NCBI GenBank assembly: GCA_963781885.1
Contig: CAWAHW010000006.1
Coordinates: forward strand, 1-64,000
Reading direction: 5' to 3'
DNA: 64,000 nt
Source of the DNA: an uncultured Spirochaetota bacterium
GTDB lineage: Bacteria > Spirochaetota > Spirochaetia > SZUA-6 > Fen-1364
Made by a program: the position numbers and the translations under genes. The notes beneath the pieces are model-generated. The model worked only from the letters and a program-made list of their open reading frames with translations. It was not told the origin of the DNA and ran no database searches. This document shows positions 63,612 to 64,000 of this stretch, piece after piece; within the stretch, counting starts at the first letter, position 1; each line of letters opens with the position of its first letter.

Positions 63612-63959
63612 GTTATGTTCAAGGCAGAATGGACTTGTAGTCTACGCTATGCAGAAGTCAATTCCTTTGGCCAGAATTGCGTCCGTAGGTTTTGCCAAGA
63701 GCGGCGTTGCCACGGTCTGCGGGGATTGGGCAATAGGTACGGGCGCAAAGCCGAGCGCGGCTCTGTTTCCCGCTGCGTCCGGACTGAACGGAAGAGAAGA
63801 AATACTTGATCGTCCAAGCTTGGGCACCGGACAGAAAAAGTCTTTCGGACCAGAGGCCGCGATGTTTCAGAGGCCCAAATGAACCTAACCTCTTGAAGAC
63901 TCTTCAACTATCCAAAGATTCGAGAAGAAGGTAAAAGTTCAATTTCCTTCGAACATAAC
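63612..63959. other. ORF-less cassette family 1 copy 5
   Basis: Homolog of 11744-12091 with indels. Confidence 0.85.
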
Positions 63960-64000
63960 ATAGAGTTGAGCACCCGGCCCGCATCAAAGGGCAGATTGTG

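Larger units (their letters stand above)
493..64000 (-). mobile_element. Large integron gene-cassette array (60 attC sites; integrase not in window)
   Basis: Recurring ~115 bp imperfect inverted repeats read RYYTAAC-AAATC-GTTG...AAC-TCTAT-GTTRRRY on the minus strand. They delimit 0.25-3.9 kb units that mostly carry minus-strand ORFs. Each cassette's two ends are complementary (one exception at 28926/31020), and several stop codons lie in the TAAC core (27258, 33480, 35698, 38583, 57171). Confidence 0.97.
493..64000 (-). repeat. attC family A (43 sites; + strand TAACATAGAGTTSAGYACCCGGCCCG...GGAGTRCTSCAACG.TTTGTTA)
   Basis: Approximate coordinates: 493-608, 1426-1541, 2307-2421, 4237-4352, 8189-8302, 9322-9436, 10300-10414, 11637-11750, 12887-13000, 13893-14007, 15754-15868, 20168-20282, 21206-21320, 25658-25772, 27150-27263, 28007-28122, 28818-28932, 31014-31127, 32531-32644, 36733-36849, 37664-37779, 38474-38588, 42200-42313, 44046-44160, 44928-45041, 45377-45492, 46598-46713, 47326-47439, 49044-49158, 50215-50329, 51086-51199, 51535-51649, 52348-52462, 53612-53725, 54615-54728, 55066-55180, 56090-56203, 57061-57176, 57956-58070, 58645-58760, 60745-60860, 63505-63618, 63953-(64000 partial). 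Confidence 0.95.

Noticed and set aside
493-64000. CRISPR array interpretation of the recurring repeat
   Set aside because: The repeats are ~115 bp with attC R/L boxes, the intervening units are 0.25-3.9 kb genes, and no cas genes are present.

Overview
The whole window lies inside a very large integron gene-cassette array. I count 59 complete and 1 partial attC sites of about 114-117 bp, in two sequence families. They separate 59 complete cassettes, mostly read on the minus strand, so intI/attI is expected beyond the right edge; no integrase is in the window. The cargo includes 10 toxin-antitoxin pairs, a BglII-type restriction-modification pair, several HEPN-like and other candidate anti-phage genes, an unusual Hsp70-SBD/TIR-like fusion, a caspase/pseudo-caspase pair and small metabolic or detox enzymes. 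There are seven IS copies: five IS481-family copies, all inserted within about 8-12 bp of an attC core, plus one IS1380 and one IS200. The most striking unexplained signal is two families of repeated ORF-less cassettes (6 and 2 copies) with conserved, covarying stems. G-U pairing suggests these fold on the + strand, making them candidate structured-RNA cassettes. The host is not determinable; the lipoprotein, PEGA and caspase cargo is loosely spirochaete-like. All family calls are from motif recognition, not database searches.
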